Below, piece by piece: positions 1 through 13,488 of a DNA stretch of 64,000 nucleotides. Source of the stretch: Tubiluchus corallicola (lineage: Eukaryota; Animalia; Priapulida); assembly GCA_030141605.1 (NCBI GenBank), contig JAQGDQ010000021.1, positions 186,001-250,000 on the forward strand, given 5' to 3'. The notes under the pieces were generated by a model. That model saw only the letters and a list, made by a program, of their open reading frames with translations, did no database searches and was not told where the DNA came from. Positions within the stretch are counted from its first letter, which is position 1; each line of letters opens with the position of its first letter. Position numbers and translations under genes: made by a program.

Positions 1-99
1 AATAAAAATTAATTGTTACGAATGACATTAAATTGATATGCTTATAACGTGTTAGTACAATTCATACACAGTAATAATAAGTGCATAATAAAAAAATCA

Positions 100-162
100 A
101 ACTGAAAATAACTGAAATAAAACTGAACTGAAATAAGAACTGAAACAAGAACTGAAATAAAA
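100..162. repeat. Short degenerate tandem repeat of an AACTGAAATA-like unit
   Basis: About 6 imperfect copies of AACTGAAA(T/C)A read directly from the sequence. Confidence 0.6.
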
Positions 163-338
163 ATCTGACAACAGAAACTTAATAACAATGGCAACTGAAA
201 TAGACTTTTTAACACAAGCATAATTCTTAGACATAAGCAAGCGAATGTATAATGAAGTCATAATATATCTTGACATATACAATCATTTTTTTCAGAAGTT
301 ACTAAATAACAAAAACTAGTTGTCAAAAACAGAAAGTG

Positions 339-1738
339 ATGTCTACTACAGAAGCAGAGCGACAAGAAGCTGAAGTAAAACAGGTATTTTAAGTAGTTAT
401 TTCCGAAAATTCAAGAAAGCCCTTATTACAACATTATAAAAGTTGTGATAATTTCTAAGTCGCATTTACTGCTCAGGAAATGAACGAGACACTTCTTATT
501 TTACTAGTGGGATTTTTTTTGTTTTAGATGAATTTTACTAGTCTCAAAACAGCTTTTACTGTCCATGCCATTCGTGGATTATGTAAATAGGAAAACTTTG
601 ATAGTTTTTCTCAGTAGTAATGTACAACAGCAACATTTTTTATTGAAAAATTTCAGCACGATTTTATAGTATTAAAGTTAATAACACTGCATAACTTATC
701 AGCAATTACAGTTTAAAAAGAGTATATAAGTAGCATGCGCAATTTTCCTATTTTGTACAAAATTTTGCAGTCCCCGGAAGTATGGCTTATACAGTTCTAC
801 GATACCAGTACAAACCCTTATGGCTATTATGGCTATTCTTTGTTCTTGAATTATTATTGTTATTATAATTATTACCCTGTCACCCACTAACATGATATTG
901 TAGGTTCAATTGTGACTTAAGAAAACCATACTGCTGGTGCAGACTCAGAAATTATATGACTTACAGTGTGTGAATTATCTTTTGTTTTTAAATTGCCATA
1001 ATTACAACGTGTACTGACAATACACATGTTTGTTTTTCAGTTTCGTGAATTCCTAACATCTTACAATAAGTTGTCTGAGATGTGTTTTGTCGACTGCGTT
1101 CATGACTTCACAGTTAGGAAAGTACACGATAAGGAGGTTAGTTTCAACATTTTAATATGTGTCATAATTTACCAATAAATATTGGGGCGGGTTACGCAAT
1201 TGTTAATGAGTATACTGAGCATTTGTTTAAGAGTGTTCCACGCTTGCAGGCGCAGTATTGATGAGTTCCATATTTGAAGATGTGGGTGCTGTGTTTGTCT
1301 TCATAGTTACCACTACTTTCATAAATCTTATAATGTGTGTTTTTGTGCGTATTACTGGTTTATTAGGTCATGCTACAAGAAGATCTATTTATGTTATCAG
1401 TTGTTTGTGTATTTTTATGCTTTCTTCTTTGACACCTTTCTCATAACTTTCACCTTTCAGTCTTGGTGGGAATCTAGAACTGGAGAAAATGTTAACTCTC
1501 ATTTGGAAACAATGCTTCATTAATAAACAAATATTTTTTATGCAGCTCACTATATTTTATATTGTTTCTTAGTTTAATTGTAAGTGCTGCACTTTGTTGC
1601 TTAATTTAGGAGAAGTGTGCCATGAGTTGCATGGAAAAGTATTTGAAAATGACTCAGCGTATTTCACAACGGTTTCAAGAATATCAACTAATACAAAATG
1701 AAGCAGCTCTGGCTGCACAACAAGTCTCTCACCGATGA
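339..1738 (+). CDS. TIMM9: Mitochondrial import inner membrane translocase subunit Tim9 (small Tim, twin CX3C), 89 aa, 3 coding exons
   Basis: Exons 339-383, 1041-1136, 1610-1738, GT-AG, phase 0. Translation [89 protein letters not shown]. Twin CX3C plus the Tim9-typical FL.SYNKL.E.CF.DC and [14 protein letters not shown] motifs. Confidence 0.96.
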
Positions 1739-2285
1739 CATGTCAGTGACAAATTCACCTTACAATGTCTGAAAATTGCCGCAGAATGACGATTATGTGC
1801 CAAAAAATACTTCAATTAAAAAGTGATGACATTAGTGAAAATAACACTTATGCATAATAGTACATGACTAATAGCCAGCTGATGAATAGAAATGCAGTAA
1901 TTTTTTTTTGGGGACAGAGGTACATGTGCACTGTGCAGCATCCCTTCTCAGTGACAAAGGTGTATGTGCATTACAGGTGTGCAATTGATATATTTATTTG
2001 AAGAAAAAGAGAACAGCTGTGGAAAAGCGAAATGTAGTCGACGCTAGTGCTGCAGTACTATTGAATTTGTGTTTACATATCTAAATAAGTTATGTTTTAT
2101 GGTTGCAGTTGTAGGTGTGTGCTTGAAGTTAAGCATGTCTTTAGTTGTTTAGGTATAATTGACATCATGCAAATAGTCATTGGCAGCCACTTTACTTTTG
2201 GGCCTAAACATTTAATTTTATTTTACATTTTGAACGTAGAATAATTACTCACATCACATTGTTTGCAACTCAAAAATGAGCCCAG

Positions 2286-2375
2286 TTTAACATAAATGGA
2301 AATTAAGGCATTTGCAAAGTGTATATTGTTGGTAGGCTACCCTTTGCACATGCCTTAATTTCTGTTTATGTTAAA
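2286..2375 (+). other. 34-bp imperfect inverted repeat (hairpin) downstream of TIMM9
   Basis: 2286-2319 TTTAACATAAATGGAAATTAAGGCATTTGCAAAG pairs with 2342-2375 CTTTGCACATGCCTTAATTTCTGTTTATGTTAAA (two G-U pairs and one mismatch on the + strand). Confidence 0.75.
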
Positions 2376-5245
2376 TACATGGGTGTGTCTTACTTTTCGA
2401 TCGCTAGATAATTGGTACAATATTGAAACCACAATTGTTGTGATCTGTTATTGTAAATGTTTGTCCTAAATTTGCTAAAATTATTACCATCATTAAATCG
2501 TGGAGTGATCAAATGAAACGTTTTCAATGTCATTTATGTAACATACTAAAACTGTGTCTCATTTGGAACTATTGCCACCAATTTTACTTTTGTAACAGCA
2601 GTATGCCTGTTCCTCGTGATACTATAACGCACAAATACCTGAATTACAATAATTATTATCCAATGAAAAATAGTTCTAATGCTTAGTAAATTAGTGAGAT
2701 AAAAATCATTATTAATACTATTTCTACAGTAGGTGCCACTTAATAGACTCACTTTGGGATGGAAAGCTTTGATACAATTGACCGACTGAATCTATATAGT
2801 ATAGACGTTTGAGTCATCACTCTTCAGCTTAGTATGTACTACAAAAGCTGAGAACTTTAAATATTGGGTCTTTTCCCTTATACTCTATTTTTTTCAAAAT
2901 TAACTCTGCGCTCTTAGTTGCTCTGTGCTGCTTATGCTTGTAATTACTAAGAATACTCGTGCTGGATAGGTGGCACAACAGCAACAGTTAATTGATCAAA
3001 CGTTCAGTGGAAAACAGCAAGAGCTGCAAAAGGAAACCGCAATTGATTAAAAGTTTAGCTTCCATAAATTCTTGGGCAACAAGGTTATTTACAGCGGACA
3101 AGCAGGTGACAGATTCAAAGGTAAGATGCTACCCTAGCAGAACTGCACACGATTACCTGCTTACAAACAAAACAGCATCTAACATTATCGTTTATCCTAT
3201 ATTATAGTGCCCAAAAACGAAGTAAAGCTGCCATATAAGTAGTAAAAGTTCCTTGACCAGACACAAGTGTCTCATTTTAAGTGCCTGAAGCAAACATTTT
3301 GAATTAAGTATGCGGAGTTATTTAAATCAATCGCCTACTGATTTTGTATACAGTGACAGATGTTTTTGAGCCAATTAAGCGACTGATTATAATAAATGAC
3401 ATCCACAATATCAAATAAACAACTATCCAATAGAGTAGGCATACAAACTATGTAATAATTTTACTGATGATGCAGAATTTGGCATATTTTTAACGTTGGT
3501 CATTTAGCCTGGCAGTTTTTTTGTTAACACCTGTTTTATGTCAAACATGCAAATTAAAGTTCAGTGATATTGGACCATCCCTTTCTACGAGACAGACAAT
3601 TTTTTTAAATTATTTACTGTGTAGTAATACCTTTTTAAATTATAAATCATATGTTGTATATAAATTATTTTTTATCGTTTTCAAGTGACTGTGTGTAATC
3701 GTGTGGCTTTTGGCTGTAAATGATTTAATTACACTTCCATCACTTTATAATTCACAATCAGTTTACATTCTTTATTTTTTGTCCTGTTAACTATTGTTTC
3801 ATACAAGCCTTTCATTTGTAGGGCGGTGCCTTAATATTTGATAGATTTCTTTGCTTTTTAGACTCTGCTCAGGTGGCTTGAAAATGAATATACTTCGAAG
3901 TTTTCATAAATCTATATGTTGATGTTTAAATTGTTGATTAACTATGAGTACTATTTCCATTTTGTGCATATTTCATTAATTCTTGTGAAGTTTCCTGACA
4001 TAAACCTATGGTCAATTGTCTACATTTATAGTGCATTCTGTTCATTGTCTGATCTCCTGCATTATGTATTTTTACTGATTTTGCCCAGTTCTTTTTAATC
4101 AAAGTCACATTATTCTATTCTATCTTATCCTATAGATTCAATGTCGTGCTCCTCTTATAACACTCCCTCTTTGTTAAGCTTGCACTGACACAGTTCTCCA
4201 TTGCAATATCTCACTTCTTAAAGGCATAATCATTTTTCTTTGTGTTTCCTTTTATCAAACTACATTTGACTATCAAAACATAAACAGCACTGCCAATAAC
4301 AAAGTACAGGAATTCTAAAAAGCCCTCCCCAAAGATTACACTAATCCTGGAACTCAAGTGTAAGTTACAGCAATGTCTGATTATGCATGCAAAATTGGTA
4401 AGTAGATCGGTAACTACCTGTAAGTTTCTTTTTAGAATCATATAATTATTACAGTAAGATTTTGCAGTTGAGCTAAAAACCATTTCCAATAACTAACGTA
4501 GCAAACCATGGTTAATGGTTAATTTTGTTCAGGGTATTCTAACCTTAACACCTAGTCACTTGTACAGTCTCTGCTAATTCTGTTAGGGGCACTTCTGTTG
4601 TGGAGTATAAGTACTGCATGAATGCTGGAAAAGAATCATGCTTTAATGGCAGTGGCTGCCTTGTTGAAAATTACCTAAATTTATGTAATTTTATTTTTGT
4701 GTAACTAGAATGGCAGTGCTAATGGATTTCACCTACAATGTTCTCAAAAAAATTAATGCCTCTTTTAAAGTTTCAGCAATGTTAGTGGTTTTTTGCATGC
4801 CAGCCTGGTAGATGGTCTTGCCTCTGGGGTCTGAAGAAGTTCTTGCACTTCCTCTGACCTTTGGCTTTTACAGAAGGTAAGGTATTTACAGTATTATTTG
4901 TTTGGTTTGAAGGAGGACTTTCTGCATGGGTGCTATCATTAAGTGGAAACAGTATCCAGTTTTGAATCACAGCTCGAGAGTTAAAATCAACTTATGGTTA
5001 AAATATTGAAAGGACCAATATTTTTTCTTAAGCATGATTTATTGAAAAATTGTTACCTCGCAAACATACTTTTTCATTATTGCGTGCAGTGATGTATGCT
5101 TAGATGGGCAACCAGCACGTGCTTCTCAGCGAGAGAAAACAGGTGTACCAGATCAGCTTTAAGTTTCTACTGATATTAGCTGTGCAAATTTGTTAAGCAT
5201 CAGAATGAACTAAAATGGCATTGGCTAGGTCAGTGAATGTTATTA

Positions 5246-5683
5246 CCGTATTTTCCCGTGTATAAGAGACCCTTTTTTGCTCAGAATTTTCACTTTAAAA
5301 ATAGGGGGTCTCTTATACATGGGAGTAAGTCTTTTCAATAAGATGCATAAATTGTGACACTAATGATTTTAAAGAAATAAGTGCTCTACAACTGTTTTGC
5401 GTGTCGCGTTCGACTATGAAGCGGTTGTAAGCAATACAAGCATCGTGACACAGGCATTATCTCCTCGTTTTCTCTTTTCCTGTTACAGGTTTGCAGGTAC
5501 GCACTTTAATATACACCAGTACTCTTTTTCTACAACACATTAACTGGTTTTATTTTGTTTTCAGTACCGCACTGAGTTGAAAAAAGTTGTACTTTACCCT
5601 CTAAAAATGTCCGTCTGAAAAAACTTTTTTCCAGAATTTTTGCCTAAAAATTGAAGGGGTCTCTTATACACGGGAAAATACGG
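5246..5683. mobile_element. MITE, Tc1/mariner/pogo-type (TA TSD)
   Basis: Perfect 27-bp TIRs CCGTATTTTCCCGTGTATAAGAGACCC / GGGTCTCTTATACACGGGAAAATACGG flanked by TA at 5244-5245 and 5684-5685. An internal TIR-like copy lies at ~5305-5325. No ORF. Confidence 0.9.
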
Positions 5684-7398
5684 TAAATTTTGTTTGCTTA
5701 TCTGATAATTAGCTTGTAGTAGTATCCAACACTACTTGTTGGCCTAGCCATTTTACCTCATGCAAAAAATGAGTGGACATTAGTGGGAAATAAATTGTAA
5801 ACATGTTTACTTAGATGCTGATTTTAACTGCTAGTCTACAGGACAGGTCTATACGCAGATTTAAATTATTATTAGTGTATATAGTAAAGCAAATTAAATA
5901 TGTTTTAGCTGTGACTTTATTGTATAGTAAAATAATCCCGTGGAATTATAAAAGTTGTGCCATTTAATGCTTATTCACTTAACAGTCCCAAATTCAAATA
6001 CTGGGTCAAAATTTCTTCTAACTATTCCTCTTTACTTTCCGAAATTAGTAAGCTACATTGGTAATTTATTACTAATTTATCTGTTTATGTTCATATTGAC
6101 GAATATAATGGCTATACTGTTTTCTTTGCAGATAAAATTTTCATTGTCCGCAAAAAATTCTTTTATTTCTCTTTTGACTTTCACATAAGAACATAAATTT
6201 ATGAAAACTTTTTAAAGTTTTTTTTTAAATTTTTAACTCGCATTTTTTATATCATTTAGATAGCTACATATTTTACAAGGTGATTTTTGTGTCCAAAAGA
6301 CAGTTAAACTTCATTTCTGTGGCAGTGTACCACCTGCCGGCTCAATCCAGAATATTCTCGAATTGTGTCAAAATATTTGTTTAGGTTGTTTGTTGTGCAT
6401 AAGACATGTGGAGTCAAGGGCGGTTTTGTACAGGAAACCAGTATCATCTGGTTATGCATGGTTCAAGAGAAGGTCATTTATAATCCCGCAAATAATATAT
6501 CTACGAGATTAGCTCAATAAAATCATCTGTTGATCAATGTCATGCAAAGGTCAGTCCTAGAATGGGTAAATAAAACTTTAAAGCACAGTGCCGATGCTAA
6601 CAGTTTAATCTAAGTTGAATATAAACCAGTAACAAAATGTAATGCTAGAGCAACATTGAAGTACAGTTTAGATATTTAATAAAACTGTAAATTAAAGTTA
6701 TAATGTTGTGTAAATTAGTACTGAATATATCACTGAATGTATGCTTTTTAAAATGCAACTATATTAAAGTTGGCAATAAATGAAAAACTCATTATTAGGC
6801 CTACAAATAATTAAAACTACGATTTTCTGTTACTACCTGTTTCAGCAATATATATTGTGGTATAATTCAGTGGATTTCTATTCTTGCAAATTTTTTCATT
6901 ATAATAAATACAAGTTAATCAAGTTTTATTGATCTACAGAAATGTTCTTTACAAATCTGACTTTCCTGCAAATGCAAATAAAAATCGTAGAACTGGTTAG
7001 AAACCAAATTAAACAGGCTAAGTTTTCCTTGAAGTTTACTAAACTCAAAGGATTAAAAAATCAAGGTATTCTGATTATAACCCATTTGAAGATATACACT
7101 TGCATTATATAATTTAAATCTGATAATTCAAACACTATATTCATAAAATTAAAGATAAAATTATCTAATGAAATTACTTTGTCTGAAATTGATTATTATT
7201 ATTTTTTTTGGTGCCTGAGTGTTTAACATATGGCACGTATTTTTAATTTTGTGCTCACTTATCGCCTTTCTTCACTTTGTGGTAAAATACAATTACGCAG
7301 AACCTCGTTTTAAGAACGAGTTCCGACTTTCGTTATGCTGGTGCAGTGAATTATGGGAAACCACCGCATTCTTTAGAACGAGGTTCCTCGAAAATTGT

Positions 7399-10048
7399 TC
7401 AACCAAAGTTTTCCACTCTGCCGCTGCTGAAGTCTTCTGTTAGAACATTCATTCTGGATACAATGACGTCTTTGCTCAAGTACATGCCAGTTAAGTGACG
7501 GTGTACAGCCTGACCATCGTCCACGTACTGGCCACGACCATGCAGAACCCGTGTGTTGTGGAATGCGATTATGTCACCTATAAAAACATTTACTAATAAA
7601 AGCAGAGCTGAGTCATAGTAGATAGAATTGTAAATAACCGTCATAAGTAAAACCAGTTTTTGTATTGAAAACATTGCCTGCCACTGATAATTAGTTATCG
7701 TAGAAGGTGATTATTGGAGTCTTACCTGGCTGAAGTTTAATTTGAAAGAGGTGTCTTGGTTCATAGCTCAAGTCCCAGAATGTCCGCAAGGCACGGTAAA
7801 CATTGGGAATCTCTTCAACGGGTGCTTCTATAACTTGTCCTCTGATGTGATTGTTTAAGTGAATTTTCTCTACTGCTCCTTGCTCGTTCAATCTAAAAGG
7901 GACATCAGCTCATGTGTTATTTGTTTATAATTCTGGAATAACTTCATTATGAAATTCAGCATTATCCCAAAAGTACAGAATTTAAACCTTTCCCCAATTT
8001 TAGTCTTTGTTTTGCAAAGTAATAAGCACTGCTTATGCCATGAGTAGATATAAACTCTAATTGTGCTTAAAAAACCTCTCTGGCTACACTTCATTATTTT
8101 ATTTTATTTTAATCAAATCTAACAAGTCTGGTCTCCAGTACAGATTTTCTTTCGATTGCGTACTTGACTGGTTGCATTTTTAAATTTGTAAAAAAAAATT
8201 CCGTATTAAACCACTAGTCTGCTATGTGTCAAATTCACTCTGCACGAATAGTGAAAAATTTATTGAGAAATTAGAGTACTTGCTTTATGGGATAGTACAG
8301 CTTCCTAAGGTAGTATTTGTAATCACTTTCTTTTCCCTTGTCGAGGAATTGAATTCTAGTTGTGGTTAAGTACTCGTAGTCCTTGGGATACTCATGCTTC
8401 ATAACCTCAGCAATCTTGAAACCGTCTACAAAATGGTTCTCTCCGCCATTTGATGATTGGCCGATGCAGTGTAAGTACTGAAACTGAAATTTAACAGAGT
8501 CAAGGAACGGAATCTGCCTAACATAAGACTGAGTATGGGTATTATTATACTTAAGTGTTTGACTGCCATTTTTATTTCTCTTGAAGTCTGTGTATCAAGG
8601 AGTAACTTTAATGAGGCATCAGTATCTACTGAATCATTGTTTTTAAATATAGGATGTCCCAAAATTCACAGATTGCCTAGTACTGAAGAAAACAAACATA
8701 AAAACATACAAGACATAAACTTCTAATGAAGGGCAGCTGCAGTCAAACAATTACAAATACATCCTGCAGCTGCACAGGTAATTGTAACTAATTTTAACTT
8801 ACATCCGGTATGCAATAACAAGATGTCAGGTCGACATGCAGTCCCAGAAAGCTGTTAGTATATGCCATGTTATTAGGCGCTTGTTTTGTTATCACAGTAA
8901 AAAACCTGCTAAATATTGCAAGTAAAAAAGGTTTAGTGAGACTAAAGTACCTAGAGACAAAAAGAAATAGTCTAAGTTACATAACAGAACAGATTTATTA
9001 AAAGATGAAGTGTGTTACACAGTCTGCGTGATTATACTAAAGTGCTGTTAAGAATGCTGGAATTATTGAAAAATATGGAGGATAGTTAAAATAGAATAGG
9101 TGCGTTTTTTATGTTGTTATAGCCACTTGCCAGAATGATCAACGTCTTAAAAAGTACACATATATGAACAACACCCCTTCTTTCAGAAATTTACCTGTGT
9201 CTTGATCTGGTGTGAATCTGTGTTAGAAATAGTTTTTGATGCATTAAAACACTCATACTAGCTGAAAGGCTTTTGGGAGTGCCAGCACATCATATGACAA
9301 TTTACAACTTATGAGATTGCTAGCTTAAACTAAACATTCAACATGCCTTTAAAAATAAAAAAACTGATGTAACTTACCCATAGTGGGTTTCATTGACATA
9401 TCCCAGCAGCTCTGCCAATTCTGATAAAACGTTTTGCCTTAAAGGAGCATCCTTAATGAGTGCAATTCCATAACGCAGTAAAGACCCCAAGTAGTTATGT
9501 AGCACCTTGGTGTCTCCCATCACATCAGCATAATTACAACAATACAGAGAATTCCCGATTTTTTCCATGCCCCACAGTTCTTGCATGTAGTTGTCAATCA
9601 TCTGCCTTGGTTCTGCATTGAAGAAGTGTTGTTTACGTAGAAATTCCTGTTTGTAACAACTCTCACTTCCATCCTCCCATTCGATGTACAACTGGCCATC
9701 CTTCATTGATGCAGTTTTTGCAGACATGTCCAGGTTCCAGTCGGTCAGCATCAAGGTCCGTTGTCCATTGCTGGTGTTAAAAATCTTTGCACAGTTGTCC
9801 CGAAGCCATACAAGCGGATAATACATTTGCTGTCCATCCAACCACATGACTTCTACCAACTTATTTGACCTGTGGAGCGTGACTTTAACTGCTTCTGGTG
9901 GCTTAACACCCTGTATTGTCTTGCCTACGTATTTTGGCGCATTCTTCAACTGCACTTGTGGCAGTGCTTTTGCATGACTGGTGGAAATGTTCCTGTGGAC
10001 AATTCCAAGGGATCGCTGCAAAGAAATCCTCACGATGTTGCTAAACAT
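7399..10048 (-). CDS. BBOX1: Gamma-butyrobetaine dioxygenase (BBOX1)/TMLH-family 2-oxoglutarate Fe(II) dioxygenase, ~439 aa, 5 exons
   Basis: Exons 10048-9378, 8905-8803, 8483-8284, 7892-7726, 7577-7399 with consistent phases. Motifs YPLVWLRDNC, ETHYG, PNNMAYT..L.LHVD (HxD), QYLHC...GGEN.FVDGF, LQPGDIIAFHNTRVLHGR (distal His) and RHLTGMY (2OG-binding Arg). Closer to BBOX than TMLH by these motifs; exact orthology untested. Confidence 0.9.
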
Positions 10049-10181
10049 GTTTTTTACTGAAAGTAATGAAAGCTGATTAGCAATTTGATACTGTGTACAG
10101 CTACTAAAGTATTTATTGTTTTACTTCTCCTTGCTAACGCTTTTGGTATTGTGAACGTAATTAAACTTTGCGCGCTGAGCC

Positions 10182-10209
10182 TATTTATACTAGCAACGCA
10201 AGTGACGTG
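10182..10209 (-). promoter_or_regulatory. TATA box plus CRE-like site of the BBOX-like gene
   Basis: TATAAATA on the minus strand at 10189-10182, ~135 nt upstream of the ATG, in a CpG-enriched patch. GTGACGTG at 10202-10209. Confidence 0.55.
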
Positions 10210-12042
10210 CAGAACGTTCTAGGCGGGCTGGCGAAGCTCATACTTTCGTATGTAATGACTTATGAGAGTTGTTTTGGGTGGATTTGGCAATTTGCCAAAT
10301 AGCTGGCAACGGCATGCAAAACGGTTAATGTATATCTATAATTATAAATGGACATTAAGTGATAAATTGTTTTATATATTGTTCGCATTTTTTACTCTTA
10401 TTCGACGTGATTTTAAAATTAGTTATGAAACAAAACACTGAAACTAGATTACAGTAGCAGAATCACGATTTCTAGCACTTCGTAATTTTAACGACAAATA
10501 CTAGCTATGCCTTAAGACTGTTAGTAACTGGTGCAAACTGCTGAAATCTGGATGACAATGCTTAAACAGAGACACAGAGAGAGGACGGGGGATTTCTGTT
10601 TGCTCTTCTTATAAATAAACGTGTCATAAATGCAAACAGACCTAAAAGGAGAACACAACTGATTAAACTTATATCGAACTCACGTATCGTGAAAAATTAT
10701 ACCTGTGGAAAGTAGTCATAAAATTAGACGTTTAATAAAAACGGTTATTTTAGAAAATGAAAATGGGCCTGTTATAGTATAGTTAAAACAAAATGGGCCT
10801 ATTATGACTTCAGCACGAGCCCTTTTTGCGTTAACTGTGTTGATATTGTTTCAAGGCCTTTGAAGTTGTGAACAGTCAAAAATAGTAAAGTTTCAAAATG
10901 TGCTGTAGCTACTTAAACATGAATCCCCAGATGAAGTCAAATAACAAGACTAACCATATTTTTACTTTTACAACTAATATCTGAATCGACATCCAATTTA
11001 CTATCTGTAGACACACAAGCTGATGGAGAAACGTGGGGGTGGGGGGGGGAGGCGAGAGCGACAGACCAGGGAACAGACAGTTTAATTTTACTTTGATTGT
11101 AGCTTTACAAAAATAAGACATGCTTACATGCAATTTATTTTACAAACACGATGGTAGATGGCAGCAAAGGTATGGAATGCTTATAATTTATAGTTACACA
11201 TCTTGCTTGCCAGCTGCCTGCGGAATCTTAACATGGATCTGTACTATAATTTTAAGTATGTAATTGATATGTACTTAAATGATTGATATGTAATTGATAT
11301 GTACATAGCTGCAACAGCAATTGAAATGTTCAATTGTTTTTAACAACAATTGGAAGTAAGCAAAAACAATGGAATTAGGATTACACTGATTCGAGAAAAC
11401 AACCAGGTTACCTAGCCAATTTAGGCTCATTTGTTGTTTGTGTGCTAATTTGGTGTCCTAGAGTATGTTGAATGGCAATACAATGGCTTGACAGAATTTC
11501 TCAGTTTCTCAGCATTTGGTTCTGGTTGTATGGTTACCTTCCTTTACACAGTGTTATAATATGCAGGGATCACAAAACTGCTAAATTTAATCTACATAAA
11601 ATCTTTGACGAAAATGGCTGCTGTGCACTTTTTTATTATGTATAAAAACATGTAACAACATAAACGATATTGTTAAAAATTGAAATAAATGAATATTATC
11701 TGAAACTGCCATTTCAGAGATACGCTCCTTACATTAGTAATAAAAGCTTGTATACGCAGAACAGAGTTCGTAATTGATATTACATTCTCTAATGCAGAAG
11801 TAAAATGGCATATAATTTGTAGATTAATACATTTGTAAATTACAAAAGTCTGTATTTGTTGATAATTACTGTTTTAAAGAATAAGCATAAAACTTGATTG
11901 GATGAAATGATTTTGCAAGAGAGCATAACAAAATACAATTACATTTCAGGTATATTTTAGAACATTGCCAATCAAATTACGCATTTAAGTATAGCATCTT
12001 GTCACAAATTAGTAAAATTACGCAACAGTACATCTGGATTTG

Positions 12043-12700
12043 TAGGGTGAACACAAAAAATTGAACCCTTTTTAAAATGTCATAGAGCTTGGAATTTTTA
12101 TCAAATTTATATATAAATTTAGCGGGTAAACTGCTAAGAATTTAGTACTTGTACAACAATTTTTGCTAAGAAAGTTCAAAAAAATAAACAGTTTATGCCT
12201 GATATTGTAATTCAACATGTAAACTGAGAAAGTTAGGTATTAATATGATTGAGCTGTGTTTATGAATTGGATGTTACAATTTTATTTCATTCATTTTATT
12301 CATTGAGTCATTTTATCTAATTTTTTTAAATTCAAGTGATAAACCTAGGCCAGTGACATCATTTCTTTTTGGAAAGTTCCCTCATCAGTCTTTTTCTGTA
12401 ATACACTTTATTAGTCCTCAAGTATTTAATAATTATTTTGTCCTTTTCTGTAAATAGCATAGGTTTTTAAAATTTAGACATCTGAAAAATAAAGTGAATG
12501 AGTAAAGTCAATACAATTATAATAATGTCTAACCTTTTTTTCATTTTTATGTGCTTGATAACAATATGAAGCACAAAATGTTTATTATTTGGACTTTCTT
12601 AGCAAAAATTTGTATATAAGTGTTAGTTTGTCCTGTTACCTTTACATACAAATTAGATAAAAATTTTTGGCTCATTTCTCGTTTTTGTGTCCACTCAGTA
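12043..12700. mobile_element. Degenerate non-autonomous Tc1/mariner-like element with long TIRs
   Basis: Left end TAGGGTGAACACAAAAA versus right end (reverse complement) TACTGAGTGGACACAAAAA. Inverted similarity continues inward for ~200 bp (TTTTGCTAAGAAAGT / ACTTTCTTAGCAAAA). Confidence 0.65.
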
Positions 12701-13488
12701 TAATTAACGTTCTGTATAAGATGCGAAAATTTAATAATAAAAATATGGAGTAGTAAAGTAACAAGTTTGCATAGCCATAAAACAATGCTTTACGTTATTA
12801 TTTACACTAATTATAGTTTAATGTATTTGCCAGGACAACTTCCAGAGAAGTGGATTTATTGCTGTGACCGATCATTACCCGTCTGCATGACTGAGTCGGA
12901 CAGATTACCTGTGCGTTCTGAAAAACAAAATAAATTTGTTAATGTACTTTTCGTTCCAGTTACAAATGCACTTACCAGTTTTGAAGAGCAATTTAGTAAC
13001 ATGGCAAATAGGTTTTCTGCATCTAAAATAAATTTGTTCTGAAATTGTGTGAAATTATTTAAGGTTTTTGGTTGTACCTTGCTAATCTCCATATAGTGGC
13101 TGTGGTGACAAAACAATTGACTGTGAGATACCGCAGCCCTAATGTTAAATGGTCTCCAAGCACCAAGCAGATTTGTTAAAGTGTATTTGACTTTATGGCT
13201 TTTATATAATTTAGTATGCAGTTTAGCAGCATTTGGGTCACTGCAAGCCTAATAATGTTCATGGCAGAATTGAACCAAGTTTATCAAGTTTTACATGAGA
13301 CAATAAACCAGCAAAACTAGCAAACTTATCTTTTTCAATTAGAGAAATTGCCAGAGCAGTATCTGCTGACAATTTATTTGCATGGGGTCAACCATTTATT
13401 CACAAGCTTGGTCAGCGCTGCTATAATTTTGGTGCCGAGAACACACTGTGACCAGTGGCTCTTTGTAGAAAGTTACAAAAAACAGTAG

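Noticed and set aside
8426-8726. ORFs 8426-8662 (-) and 8535-8726 (+) as BBOX exons or separate genes
   Set aside because: Mostly intronic; the real exon 8483-8284 is in another frame.
9195-9217. 23-nt candidate poison microexon in BBOX intron 1 (CTAACACAG|...CAG|GTAAAT)
   Set aside because: It frameshifts, is not needed for homology and has a poor pyrimidine tract; not supportable without reads.
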